In this document: positions 35,501 through 46,991 of the stretch, piece by piece
Layout: every line of letters begins with the position of its first letter
How positions within the stretch are numbered: the stretch's first letter is position 1
Source of the DNA: Schizosaccharomyces osmophilus
Lineage: Eukaryota
Assembly (NCBI RefSeq): GCF_027921745.1
Contig: NC_079240.1
Location: forward strand, 992,001-1,056,000
Length of the DNA: 64,000 nucleotides
Reading direction: 5' to 3'
Position numbers and translations under genes: made by a program
The notes under the pieces: generated by a model
What the model saw: the letters and a program-made list of their open reading frames with translations, nothing else
What the model was told of the DNA's origin: nothing
The model's database searches: none

Positions 35501-37131
35501 AGAAAAAACTTGAACTGTCTTCCTTGCTTGAGGAAAACTCTACTTTAAACCGTGAACTTCGGAGGTTTAAAGAGATAAGTAAATCATTAGAAGAAAGACT
35601 AACAAATGAAACGAATATGATGAAAGATATTAACTCCTCTGTGAGAAATATGTCTTCTGAATTGGAGCGAACCAAGATTGAAAAATCCGAAATGGCTAAT
35701 GATATATCAATCGTGAAACAGAAGAATCAAGAGCTTGACGTGCTAAAGGGAGTTCAGCAAATGACGATAGAGAATTTCGAACAAAAGGTTGGCTATCTTG
35801 AAGCTGATGTTAAGCAAATGTCTCTGTTGAAGAAAGAGCTCAGTGCTTTAACCGAAAAAGACAACTTATATGAAGTTCAGTCTTCTAGGAATCAAGAACT
35901 TGAAGCATCGGTAAAAACCCATATGCTTACAATTAAAGACCTAGAAGGCAGCTTGAAAAATGCCAACAGCAAGTTAAAGAATTTACAGGATTTTCCGTCG
36001 AAGTATGAAAGTTTAATTGGAAAATCCGAAGAGCTACAGAGGAAAGTTCGACAGCTTGAAAGATTTAAATCCGATTATGAGCTTCAAAATAAGGAACTTT
36101 TAAGCTTACGCAAGGTCGAAAGTGATTATCGTGAATTGGTGCTTAAGTATGATAAAGTAACGAAAGATACAGAACGATTAGAAAAAAGCAGTTTTTCTAC
36201 CAATGATCAATATCAAAAATTACTAGACGAGCACAGTAATTTAACACGAAAGAGTGAAGACATAACTAGCCAGCTCGATTCTGCAATGCAAAAACTTCCC
36301 AAGATTCCCTTATTAGAAAGCGAAATTTCGAAATTGAAGCAAGATTTCGCGAATACAGTTAAAGAACTTGAGGGGGAGAAACAAAAGGCTATTTTAGCTA
36401 GTCAGGATAATGAGCAATTACGTTCATTAAAGAGAGAACTCCAGAATAAACGACAATTGGAATTGAACTGTCAGAAGCTTTCAGAAGAGGTTAAAAGTAC
36501 TCGAAGTTTGCGATCAGAAGTCACCTTACTGAGAAATAAAGCATCTGACGTGGAGTACTCTAAAAACAAACTGACAGAATCAGAATTAAAACTGAAGGAA
36601 GTCAGAAAAGAGCTGAATTCCGCCATAGAACTGAACAAAAGGAAAGAAGTTGAGCTCCATCGGCTAAAGGAACACAAGCCAGCGGAGAAGGAGAACAAGT
36701 CCCCAGCAACTATAAAGAACACACTCCCTGAGAGAAAAACGATTTTTGACTTACAACAACGAAATGCCAATCAGACTCTTTTTGAAAATTTGAAAAGAGA
36801 TTATGATAGGCTTAACCTTGAGAAACAGTATCTTGAGAAACAAGTGCAAGAGAACAAAAACCCTGGAGTGACACCACAAGCCACCGGCGGATCTTTGGAG
36901 CGGGTTGCCTTTTCTCATGCGGTAGAAGTGAAAGCCCTTAAAGACCAAATTAATAGTGAGAAGTCCAAGATTTTAACTACACAATACCAGTTTGAAAAAC
37001 GAGAAAAAGAGTTACAAAAATCGATTTCCGACATGGAAAGGCAGAACCGGTATTCACTAATTGACGTTCGGGCACTCCGAGACAGAATTGCTAGTCTTGA
37101 AGAAGAGTTGGCGGCATCTTCACGAGCATGA
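32512..37131 (+). CDS. myo2: Myosin II heavy chain Myo2 (1539 aa)
   Basis: GESGAGKT P-loop, NNNSSRFG, DIAGFE, IQ region, long coiled-coil tail. Confidence 0.96.
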   Translation: MYRISQGNIGESLADNSLNGIDNKRWVWISHPETAFTKAWIKEELGDGKYVIRYNNSRDQKVVGHDEIQPLNPGRFDRVNDMAELTNLNEPSVTYNLEQRYLSDQIYTYSGLFLVAVNPYRRLPIYGKDMVQLYKDKSQERKLPHVFAIADLAYNNLLENKENQSILVTGESGAGKTENTKRIIQYLAAVASNPNVVFGEQLEEQILKTNPVLEAFGNAKTVRNNNSSRFGKFIKVEFSVSGEIANASIEWYLLEKSRVVHQSSQERNYHIFYQLLNGADPALRKKLLLSNEFNDYEYLKKSSLTIPGINDAEEFKGLLSSFKILGFTEKEIFYMFSIISIILHIGNIPIGADRSGVARLTNMDDVDKLCHLLGVSPELFSQNLIRPRIHAGHEWVVSARSQEQVISSIEALAKAIYERNFGWLVKRINTAISRNTSSNTFIGILDIAGFEIFETNSFEQLCINYTNERLQQFFNHHMFVLEQEEYMREEIKWDFVDFGHDLQPTIDLIEKSNPIGILSCLDEECVMPKATDTTFVSKLDALWRDKSQKYKPFKFGGSGFILTHYAADVPYSTEGWLEKNSDPLNENIAKLLAQSTNKHISELFSDYREVETKTVRGRTRKALFRTVAQRHKEQLNQLMNQFNTTQPHFIRCIIPNEEKKSHSFNRALVLDQLRCNGVLEGIRITRAGFPNRMPFNDFRLRYEMMVNLPKDNYIESRRASLLILQQMGLSEDQFRIGVSKIFFKAGVLASLEERRLHTLQSIVIALQARIRGFVQRRKFQKRLKDIESLKQIQANMFVYDELRKHPWTKLYFKLRPMLSSTHNDEKLKRKDAEIIELKYEIKKITNVKEGLEAKVNESNKSYTALESALTGERAIALDKEEILRRTQERLASLEDSNGILNATYKDMEARLADILNEKEVENKHIEEMTGSLESVSLENEKRREYNEKLQKELNTCRMDVEQIRSALSAAKVEIASLSKEKTSINQDLGKLREDGEKKKLELSSLLEENSTLNRELRRFKEISKSLEERLTNETNMMKDINSSVRNMSSELERTKIEKSEMANDISIVKQKNQELDVLKGVQQMTIENFEQKVGYLEADVKQMSLLKKELSALTEKDNLYEVQSSRNQELEASVKTHMLTIKDLEGSLKNANSKLKNLQDFPSKYESLIGKSEELQRKVRQLERFKSDYELQNKELLSLRKVESDYRELVLKYDKVTKDTERLEKSSFSTNDQYQKLLDEHSNLTRKSEDITSQLDSAMQKLPKIPLLESEISKLKQDFANTVKELEGEKQKAILASQDNEQLRSLKRELQNKRQLELNCQKLSEEVKSTRSLRSEVTLLRNKASDVEYSKNKLTESELKLKEVRKELNSAIELNKRKEVELHRLKEHKPAEKENKSPATIKNTLPERKTIFDLQQRNANQTLFENLKRDYDRLNLEKQYLEKQVQENKNPGVTPQATGGSLERVAFSHAVEVKALKDQINSEKSKILTTQYQFEKREKELQKSISDMERQNRYSLIDVRALRDRIASLEEELAASSRA

Positions 37132-37338
37132 TGTTGGTTAACACTTTGTATATGAAGATTTTCATTCTTTAATTTAAGATGGTTGATATTTTTCATGTAA
37201 TTATAATATATAATATTGATAGATCATTAGGATACGATGAATTGGATTTCATTAAGAACATGATAAGTGAAGAAAATAAGAGGATTCTAAAGATGGATAT
37301 CTACAAACTTATAATTTCCAAAAGCAAACAGTGGAATT

Positions 37339-38352
37339 CTAATTTTCGTTTTCAGTTGTATTGGGAAGAGTTTGTAATTTTTCATCGGTAAAGCCAGACA
37401 AAACTTCGTCAAGGTTGGTACCTTGGACAAATTCTGAAATAAAGCTTTTTAATCCTTGTTTACCGATTTCAATATCAGAACGAGAGCCGATGTAGTAAAC
37501 AAATTGATTGTGGGTATCATCCTTTACGCGGTCCAAATAACCAAATCTGACAAGAAGATTGAGGGAGCGGTCTATGTCTAATTGGAAAGGAGTGGTTTCA
37601 GAAGATAACAAAGTATCCAAGTGCGACTTCAGTTCTAACTCTCCAAGATATCCATGGGAAACTGCAACAAGGGAAACAACAAGCATCAAAAATCCGAGAA
37701 ACGAAGTATCAGCCATTGAGTCAGGAACGAGCCGTTGGTCGCTGCAGTACTCAAAACGAAGGGAATTTTTTAACACCCAATACTTTGGGACATTGGAGGA
37801 GGAGGAGGAAGACGAATTGGAAGTATGTTGTTTTCGGAGTTGAGAAATGGCCATTTCTTTTGTCCGATTCGTGGGGTTTACTAAGACTAGTTGAAAACCA
37901 AAAACAGACTGAAGTTGACGGTTTGCCTCTTCTAGAGCTGGCTGAAACAAGCTTCGGGAACTTCCTTGTGGGAATGCACGCTGTATCACTTCCTTTCGCG
38001 AAAGAGCTTGATGGGAGCTTTGGGAGCAAATGGCGAGACGCACAATGTTTCTAACAAGCATTTGAAAATTCATAGAATCAGTTTCGCCTTTGTCTAGTTC
38101 ATCCAACGGTTTGGAACCGGCATTGGGTTTGCTCTTCTTTCTGCGATTTCTATCAGAGGAAGTGCGTCCGGATCCTTGTCCAACTGCTGCGTCATCATTT
38201 GGGCTCTCCAAATCGTCGTCAATGTATCCTTCACTTTCTGATCCTTCTTCCTCATCAGCAATAATCTGCGATGCCGTCAATCGTGCTCCATGAGGGCTGC
38301 TTGGTTCTACATTCCTGGCTCTTTTTCTATGCAAATCATCGAACTGACTCAT
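37339..38352 (-). CDS. nse3: Smc5/6 subunit Nse3 (MAGE family; 337 aa)
   Basis: LVRNIVRLAI..LQSVFGFQL..LVRFGYL..YYIGSRSDIEI winged-helix MAGE pattern. Confidence 0.92.
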   Translation of the reverse strand: MSQFDDLHRKRARNVEPSSPHGARLTASQIIADEEEGSESEGYIDDDLESPNDDAAVGQGSGRTSSDRNRRKKSKPNAGSKPLDELDKGETDSMNFQMLVRNIVRLAICSQSSHQALSRKEVIQRAFPQGSSRSLFQPALEEANRQLQSVFGFQLVLVNPTNRTKEMAISQLRKQHTSNSSSSSSSNVPKYWVLKNSLRFEYCSDQRLVPDSMADTSFLGFLMLVVSLVAVSHGYLGELELKSHLDTLLSSETTPFQLDIDRSLNLLVRFGYLDRVKDDTHNQFVYYIGSRSDIEIGKQGLKSFISEFVQGTNLDEVLSGFTDEKLQTLPNTTENEN

Positions 38353-39131
38353 TTCATTTTGGGCTCAAAACGAAGGGAATTTCCAAAGGAAAGCAAAGAA
38401 CTTTTACCAGTCCTGGTTTTTCGCGTTTTGGGGGGATTTCGTTTTGCGATATCTATAGTCATCCGTATAACACATTAACGATACTATATCCTGTAGCCGT
38501 AGTAAATAGAGACTTTTGAGAGAAGGATATAAATGAATTGCTTTTTCAGATATGCCTGCTTTGAATATAATTTTAATATTATATTGCTTCTAAGTGCTGA
38601 GAGCAAACAGGCATCTTTGCTTCGGATTTCATGACTTGACATTTCAAATCTTCAACCAGAAACACATTGTGCGGCTTCCATCCGGGTTTTCAGAAGCAAA
38701 AACTAGAACATATAAAAACTCAACTTACTATTCTTTATAAATGTTCAACTTCTTCGTAGAAAAACAATCCAACCCTCTTTTTCTGTGTTTTCTTTCCAGT
38801 ATCGTACTACTCGCTTATTTAGTATAATAAGCAATACGGTGGTGCAACCCAGTCTTCTGTGCTCATTTTCTAGATCGTTGGGTATCTGAAATATATTTTG
38901 CATACGCCAACACCAAATTCATTATTGTGGACCAATGAGGAGCCCTATAAATCATATAGAAGGTGGGTGTATGATGACCTCTTGGCATTAACCAAAAACA
39001 GATGCTCATGGGAGGCAAGAATTGAGACTCCAAAACACGGTATATTTGAAAGAAGTTGAATTCTTTTTGTACAGTATTGATAATTGGCGTTTGAACCATC
39101 GAATCACGAAAAAACTGGATAAATTTTCAGA

Positions 39132-39782
39132 ATGCTTGCACTTTTATCGACACGACAGATTTCAAGGTTCCCCCTGCGTGAGGGCTTGCTACGGAACTTT
39201 ACTCGAAATCTTTCTCTACATGAAATTCATAACCTGAAAAATATGAATCCGACACTACAAAAATCACAAAATATTCAAATTCCTCTACCCACCCGTTTAC
39301 GTGCTGCAGCTCCTTCTCTCAATGAAACTTCGAAGAAAGAACTGGCTCCTACTCGGAGGATGCCTCGTAAAAACGTAATTAAATTGGTATGTTGTTTTAT
39401 TAGGAGTTGTTCCTCCTTTTTTTTTTTTCGTTTTTTTGAAAGTCATAAACTAATCCCTGTGTAGAGTTCAGGTGCGGTGAATCATTTGCGAAGCATGTTG
39501 AACGATCCTTCTATGAAGGATAAACTTTTGCGAATTGGCGTAAAGCAAAAGGGTTGTGCTGGCCAGGCGTATTCGTTGGAATACATTGAACAACCTGAAA
39601 AGTTTGATGAAATTGTGGAGCAAGATGGAATTCGTATCATTGTCGCTCGAAGGGCTTTACTGCAAATTATTGGGTCTGTAATGGATTACAGGGATGATGA
39701 GTTGCAGTCGCGGTTTATTTTTACCAATCCAAATATTAAATCTACCTGTGGTTGTGGAGAATCCTTCAGCACGACGAAGTAA
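39132..39782 (+). CDS. isa1: Mitochondrial Fe-S assembly protein Isa1 (190 aa); exons 39132-39386, 39465-39782
   Basis: KGCAGQAY and TCGCGESF motifs; presequence; intron GTATGT..CTAAT..TAG. Confidence 0.94.
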
Positions 39783-40292
39783 CACCAGTGAATGAAGAAA
39801 GAGCTTTGTTTTACGAATTCTTATGATTGCAATGTTTATTAATTAATTCCCGGAGATGGGTTTTTGTTTGGTTTCTTCATGTATGCTTCACCCCCCTCCC
39901 TGCACGGAACACCGGTCCTGTTCTGTCTTCTCTTTTTTTTTTCAAATAATTTCCTTCTAATCACAAGAAATTTGTTGTTTTGATGTTGTGGCTTTTTTTT
40001 ATTTCATACGTCAGATTGTGGAAATTGCCCTCTGCGTAGAGTAATCTGTTTTTTACCTTGCTGTGGACTCTGCTTTATTTCTAGTTTCTTTGCATATGTT
40101 ACAGTTTACAAAACGCCATAAATTACGGGATATCGGGACAATGAAGTGACATGGAAGTACGTACTACAAGGGAAGATTCTCTCATTCTTTTTGATAACGA
40201 TGTGTTGAAAGGCAATATCCACCCAAAATTAGCAAAGTAGTGTGAAATGGAGTATTGAATGAAATATAAAATTCGTTATGAAGTACATATCG

Positions 40293-40977
40293 TTACTTAT
40301 CCTTCTCGTTCATTTGAGGTAGGATAGGACCCATCGGTTGGAACGTTTGGTAAAGCTTTCCTTCTAATTTGTTCATCTGCAAGGATAGTTGTATGTTAGT
40401 ATTATTGTAGTAGAGGAGTTCTTACCCAGCTTGAGTTTTCTTGTACTCCAACATATAACCATAAACTCCATGCACCCATACGATTAGCCATGGTGCTATC
40501 CGTAAGTAGTCGATCACCGATGAATAAAAGCTGTGAGGGATGTTGAATCTGTGTAGATCTCTGAAAATAATCCCATACTTCTTGTTCACAAAGTGGCTTT
40601 AATTTCGAATGTCGAAGTACAGGAATTTCCCAGCGAGCTTCAAAGTGGGCAGCATCTTCTCCAGTCGGATCTTGCTTTTTAGAACCAATTGAATTGCTCA
40701 CCAATAAAATATGGCTCTTTCCAAATTTTTTCTGTAACTCTCGTAGTTTCTCGAGATTCTCATTAGGAATTTCATTCTTATTAGGTACAGTAATACAATC
40801 GTCCTTGTCTAGCACAATACCTCGAATGTCAACAGGCCGACAGTACGCATTGCTTAGATGGCTGCTAATACCAACCGGAACATTTGTGAATGAAGGAAAT
40901 TTTACGTGAGGAAGTAATGTCCTAGGACGTTTCACAGTCTGAAAAAAAGCGCGAATCCCTTCCCAGTTCACTAGCAT
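40293..40977 (-). CDS. gep4: Mitochondrial phosphatidylglycerophosphatase Gep4 (211 aa); exons 40977-40426, 40376-40293
   Basis: HAD IIIA motifs LDKDDC, VSNS, KP, IGDRLLTD; intron GTAAGA..CTAAC..CAG. Confidence 0.9.
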
Positions 40978-41550
40978 TGGATATTAACAACACTTTTTCG
41001 AGCCCACTTATTTAGATTTCCTGGCAAATTCGCTAAAGACGAAGAAATTATTTAAATTTCAGGTAACAGAAGCAGTCGTAAAGTGAAGCATTACAATTTG
41101 GCATGAATTTAAAAGATGGTCTGGAAGAAAACATGTAGTATTTATAGAGTTTGGTTAAAATATATAATAACAAAAGGGTATTTCTACCTTGTAGATTGAA
41201 AGCTATGGTAGTTAATCATTTGCTCATCATAATCTATTACAATGCTTTGAAGAAGTATGGGTTTACATTTCGCAAAATGTTTATAAACTACATCTACTTT
41301 CCAGCGATAAACGAGTTCAGCCCAGATTGGTCAATAACTTCAGAGTCCTCACGGCTCTGCGTCTGACTCGAAGAGGTTTAAATATATACTTATTTACCTA
41401 TAAAGGAGTTATATTTAATATTATGTTATTAATTCAAGCAAAGTGAAAATGGGAAGCCGCAATAAGCAAATAATCCAAAAAAAAACCCCAAAAAGCAAAA
41501 CTTCCAAAAAAAAAGGGGGGGGAGAACATGAAAGACAGACGGAGGTATGA

Positions 41551-42789
41551 TTATAGAATACTAGACACCCAATTGTAAGCAAAAACGCTAATGCGTTTCA
41601 TTCTAGTTTCACTGTACTTTTGAAAGATAGAGCTGTGATGGTTTGGAGCATCCAAAATACATTCCATGATCCCTAACGCACAAGGCTCCAGTTGTCGAGC
41701 AGTGAGTCCACTGTAATAAATATGATGCAAAGTCCATGTAGTATATCCTAACATCTGCATGGACAAGTAATAAGAAGCAGCTGCTATGGCACTGGGATAT
41801 CCTCCTACAAACATTTCATCCATTAACGTCAGTTCCATCAAATATTTTGCTAGAGATCGAATATCGTATTGATAGGAATCAGCCCTACTGATTCTTCGTA
41901 GAAAAGACATGGGTCCCGGCCAACTTAACTCGAAGTTCAGTAGCATCAGCATGTATCTTTCTGCACGAATAATTTCTTCAATTTCGTAGACTCCTTCTAC
42001 AAATTTTCCTAAATGATAGATAGTTGGAGGATGAATCTCCTCATACTTAAAGGAAATCAATAATGCGGAAAGACCCACCAATTGTATCTTTTGAAAAGAA
42101 ACAACCTTTGTGGAAAGAAATCTGTCAATTAAGTTCACTGTTAGATATAACGTCTCTGGAAGAAGTCGAAAGTATTGATGGACTTGAATTATCCAATCAA
42201 CCAACAAATGCCTAGTCGGCCAATCTATTTCATGTTGAATAGACATATACGAAGGGGATGGAGCCAAATTCCTTTCTAATTCTCGCATGTACCCAAATAT
42301 ATCGGTTTCATAATCGGAAACCATCGATGGATCTTGATCGTCATCTTCCTTGGAAGGATGTGCCTTAATGTATTCTGAAGCTTGAGAGAGCAAACAAACG
42401 TCTACCTCCGTGAATAAAGGAATCGCAACATGTGAAGACTCGGTGGCTTCAAGGGGGTCTGAATCAAGGGTTTCTTCAAAAATATCGAGAGATGTGTTCT
42501 TTTGGTCAGAAAATGAATCCTCAGGTACTGAGTTCACCAAAACATTACTTAATTCTTTTTCATCTTGAAAAACATGATTTTCTTCTGAGCTGGCGGGGGA
42601 CGTTAGGAAGCGACCTGTGTCGATGTAGGTAGATTGTAAAGCTCCATGAGAAATGTTCTCCACAGACTTCAGAGGAGCTCTTAAAGGCGATCGATTAAGG
42701 ATCCTGTCTTTTCCATTAAACGCGAAAGATTCTCGTTGATTTTCATCTGTAGCGAATTCATGAGCATTGACTCTGCTTGAAGCTTCCAT
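41551..42789 (-). CDS. cig1: B-type cyclin Cig1 (412 aa)
   Basis: Cyclin box RHLLVDW..LLPETLYLTVNLIDRFLS..KYEE; D-box-like RAPLKSVEN; divergent from rec11 as recalled for S. pombe. Confidence 0.88.
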   Translation of the reverse strand: MEASSRVNAHEFATDENQRESFAFNGKDRILNRSPLRAPLKSVENISHGALQSTYIDTGRFLTSPASSEENHVFQDEKELSNVLVNSVPEDSFSDQKNTSLDIFEETLDSDPLEATESSHVAIPLFTEVDVCLLSQASEYIKAHPSKEDDDQDPSMVSDYETDIFGYMRELERNLAPSPSYMSIQHEIDWPTRHLLVDWIIQVHQYFRLLPETLYLTVNLIDRFLSTKVVSFQKIQLVGLSALLISFKYEEIHPPTIYHLGKFVEGVYEIEEIIRAERYMLMLLNFELSWPGPMSFLRRISRADSYQYDIRSLAKYLMELTLMDEMFVGGYPSAIAAASYYLSMQMLGYTTWTLHHIYYSGLTARQLEPCALGIMECILDAPNHHSSIFQKYSETRMKRISVFAYNWVSSIL

Positions 42790-43096
42790 AACTTTACAAA
42801 GGCGTATAAAAGAGTAACATTGGTATCTTTGCTAACAAAAAATAGAAACACTTCTAGTCCTGGTTTTGAAATCAAAATCTACCAAAATTAAGTTATCAAA
42901 GTATTAAAAACAATAGGAAAGGTAGACCAAGATAAATAAATATAAAAGAAATTAACAATTTAACTAGTAATAGGTACAAAAAGAATTGTAAGATAAAGAT
43001 TGAAGTCAGGAACTAAGTAAGTGCCGCGAAGTTGAAACTTGATAGCTGACGGACCTGCAATAGAGCAGCACCAAATCGATCACGAACCCATGTTTC

Positions 43097-43227
43097 ACGC
43101 GTAATATTTTCCCAAAGGTAAGTTTTATTTTACTAGATAAATAAATTAATATCACCTATTTTTTTGAGCATTTCAAGTTTTCCTAGTCGCGCATAAAAGG
43201 GACTTCTTTATAGTCAACGCGTCGCGT
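43097..43227. promoter_or_regulatory. MCB cluster in the cig1-rec11 divergent promoter
   Basis: ACGCGT 43097-43102, ACGCGTCGCGT 43217-43227, and further CGCG cores nearby. Confidence 0.75.
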
Positions 43228-43307
43228 ATCGCCTACTTAAGCTACACCAACGCACTACGCGCTTGAACAGAGCAACTATTTACGAAGCTAGTTAGCGGTT
43301 AAATATC

Positions 43308-46300
43308 ATGGAATACGATTTTGAATCTGATCTAAGTAGTCATTTAGATGGTTCCTTGCCTGATTTGGAGGAGGATATAGAGTTGAATCATGCTGCTGAA
43401 AGTGTTTCCAGCAATCACGATGATGGATCTCATATTTCAACACCTGCATTAAAACGAAAACTAGAAATTGAACCAATTGCATCTAATGAAACTACCCAAG
43501 GATCAACAATCACTTCAAACAATACTCAAAACACAACTAAAGACCCGTCATACAGTTTGCTCAGTAAGTATTTATCCTTCAAAAAATGAAGATTTTTGCT
43601 ATATGGAAACTAATTAGATCTTTTAGATGATTTAATGGATGAAAGCATTTCTACGGATTTACTGAGCACCAAATGGCGTTCCTACTCTGAAACGGATTCG
43701 TTTGAATCAACGCGTGGATTTCTCAATCTTATTTTGCTAGTAAGAGACTACTGCTTTTTACATGCTAATTATTTTAGTCTTGTAATTGTCAACCTTTTTT
43801 AAACCACTTTGACATGGAGGATATGGAATCCATACCTGAAACATTAGCTCAAATACAATCTTCAACTTTTAATTTTGTATGCAAATCTCGCTTTCTTTGG
43901 AAATTAACCAATCGTCTAGAACGACACTTTTGCAGAACCGTACTTATATGCATGCTCAACAGTTATAGGAAAGTCATTCAGAACCAAGCTTCGTTTTCTC
44001 GTTGATGAACTCATTGCTATGTCTATAGAAAAGGACAAAATATCAACCGCATCTTATATGGAAACTATTAAATCTTGGATAATATGTATGACTACTAGCC
44101 CATGGTTATCTATCCGACATACTTCAAGCGCCGTTTCATGCATGTTCTACGTCTCACTCGCAAACGCGCTTTCCAATATCCAAGGTGGTAACAATTCCAA
44201 TGAAGGGGATGCAGATCAAGTTTTGCTCGAGAATCTTAATTATCTATTCGATGATATTTACAAAAGGTAATTCGAACGCTTGTATCTGAGATCAAAAATT
44301 TGACCGAAAACAGTGCTATATTAATAAGAATACGTGATACGAGATCTATTATCCGATTGGAATGCTTTATGGCAATTCACGAGTGTTGCCTACTGCTTCC
44401 ATCTCATCTTCAGGATAGATCAACATTATTGTATCTCGGATGGGGGCTTTCTGATACTGTAAGCTAAGATTCCTATGAAAAACTTATTAACTTTATTCTT
44501 TAAGGATGCAAAAATTCGAAAGTCTGCTTTAAAAATCATTCAACAACTTTTTATAAATGAGCGAAAACAAGGGCTATCACTTTCTTCACTTAATTTTTTA
44601 GAAAGGTTTTCATCTAAAATTGCAGAAATCTGCAGATATGACATAGAAAGTGTTCGTGCAGTTGCACTTCAATTATGCTTTCAATTGATAGACCATCAGT
44701 TACTCAACCGGGAAGACATAGAAATGCTTTGTTACAGCATTTTTAACAAAAAGGCTCAAATTCGTTTACCAGTCATGAAGTTATTAACGAAGTACTGTGA
44801 TCAAACCATGGAAGGCTTTCTCCAAGAATCAACGAAAGAGATTAGTCTCAAAAAGATCCTTACACAAGAAAATTACAAAATATCAAATTCTGCTTTTAAA
44901 AACCTTTATAAGAAAAATTTGATATTTTCTATTATTGCACACGCCTTGGAAGTATGGACTATTGAAAACAACCAGAAGGAATCCTCACAAGCAGATGAAG
45001 TAAATAATGAAAAATCCGTTTGGCCCTTTGGTTTTAATTTGGAGGCCAATCGTTTGAAAAATTCCGAAGAATGGAAAGTGTACGAGTGCAGTATGTTATC
45101 TGTTCATAATGAATTGGGCTCGTTGGGTTCTTGGGAAGAAGTCTTTGACTATTTACTTTTTGACCATGTTAATCATTTGGATGCTAATAGCATTTTAAAA
45201 CATTGTGCACCAAATGAGAAAATAGTCGACTTATTATCTTCCTATGTGTATTTCTGTCTAAACCTTATTGAAAAGCCTGCCTTGTTGAAAAAGAAATCCG
45301 TAAGACACATAACATTGCGTTTTGCATATTCTAATTACTTTAGTCTGATTCAAATTATATCTCAAAACAGTTACATCTACTGCATGAGCTGCCTCTACTG
45401 ATGAAGAAATATCGAGAACGTAACGTTGCAAGCTATTACTTTATTAAAAGTTTGGATTATATTCAAGAGCAAACTCTGGCCTTACCGGAATCAAGAAAAG
45501 ATATGTTGGCCTTATTGACAGAAGTGGAGTATGCTGCCAAAGCATCTAGTACTTTCCAAATTAACTTAATATGTGGTGAATTCTTTCACAGAATAATAAA
45601 CCTGAACCTTATAGCAAGCGAAATTCAATTAAATGTTAAACTTTATATCGCTTCTGTGACGGACAACTTAATGGAAGAATTACAGGAATTCTTAAAATAC
45701 ATTCAGTCAGCCCGTAAGACATCCAATCACGATCAAAAGTACGAGAGCTTGCGATTTGAAAATACACATCTAACTGATAGCAGGGTTGAAAGACTGGTAA
45801 CTCAGTTAAAATTTTACTGTGGTTTTATTCGAAACATTGGTACTTCTTCTGAAAAAAGTGCTACCACACTGCGTCTTGTCTCTGACTTGTTGGAGATTTG
45901 CAAGCAGGAAGAAGATGAACTGCTTTTATATTCATGCTTAAGGACTATATTCTTATGCATCCTCCCTGAACTAAATCGTCAATGTTCAAACGAAATTATG
46001 GAAACTTACTTCAGTGTAGTCTTAGAAGCATCGAGTTTGTTGTCAGACCGCACAAAGGAGCTTTTCACAGGAAAACTTTTTGTACGTCAATCGGGTTTAC
46101 ACGTTCTTTAAACTAACTAATGATAGTCTACAATTGTAATTTTAAGTGTCTACTTTGGAAAATCGGTTTTGGCTGGCACGTCGCGACTTAATGGTAATGA
46201 GTTAAATGACATCAAAACATTAAACATTGAAGAGCAGCTTGCGACACTTAAAAGTTTATCAAAACAATTAAAGAACAGTGAATCAAACAGATCAGTACAA

Positions 46301-46432
46301 CCATCAATACTGGAGGATGAAAAGGAACAAGGGTTATGGAACAATTTATTTGAAGACTGGTATCCTAATCATTGTAAGGATCCCTTACTTCTGGTTGATT
46401 TAATGCAAGGCCTAAAAAAACTTGTTTTGTAG
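43308..46432 (+). CDS. rec11: Meiotic cohesin STAG subunit Rec11 (~935 aa); exons 43308-43563, 43618-43739, 43778-43876, 43920-44266, 44314-44458, 44505-45299, 45344-46081, 46127-46432
   Basis: Seven short GT-AG introns give one 2808-nt frame. STAG motifs SIRHTS, RIRD..IRLEC, YLGWGLSD, RYDIESVR. Confidence 0.9.
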
Positions 46433-46991
46433 CTGTGAAACAGATTCCTTGAGTTTTAAAAGACTAATCTGGAGAAAAAGGCATGTCTTATCAACATGCT
46501 CATTAAAGTACAAGACGGTTTGAAGAGAAATGAAAGTGAAACTGTTTATATAGGTAGTTAAGTTATTATTGAATAATAGAATTTAAAGAATTATGCTTCA
46601 CTGAGGATGCGGACGAAATCGATCAATTTATTTTATACCTATATGCGATAGTGAAAATGTGCAAATTACTGGGCGTCAAAATTTTATGAATAAAATGCAA
46701 CTTTTTGTTTTTTTCATAGAAAAACATATGAACATGAAAAAGAAAAAAAGAAAAAACTATTTCTAAAAAACCGTCGTATTACTAACTGTAGCGCTGCTAG
46801 GATATGTTATTTCACCAGGTATTGGCAATTTATTCTGTTCTCCACCAACATAGCTCCCTCGAGAAAATTCAGGTAGAGGGCTAAAAATAACCTTTTTATT
46901 GGTCTTAAAAAAAAAGGGAAAAAGGTATTAATAGTAAATACAAAGAATTATCGGCTTAACATCGAGAACTTCTCGATTTTGAGAATTTACG

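Noticed and set aside
40795..40812. Gep4 motif I reads DKDDC rather than the usual DKDNC
   Set aside because: Both catalytic Asp residues and the other HAD motifs are intact; no sign of inactivation.
45399..45403. Overlapping TGATG stop-start between two ORFs, resembling translational coupling or a frameshifted pseudogene
   Set aside because: Explained by rec11 intron 45300-45343; the spliced frame is continuous.
46429..46523. Possible extra rec11 intron (GTAGCT..CTAAT..AAG) and terminal exon
   Set aside because: Poor donor, and the 935-aa model is already full length; needs RNA-seq.
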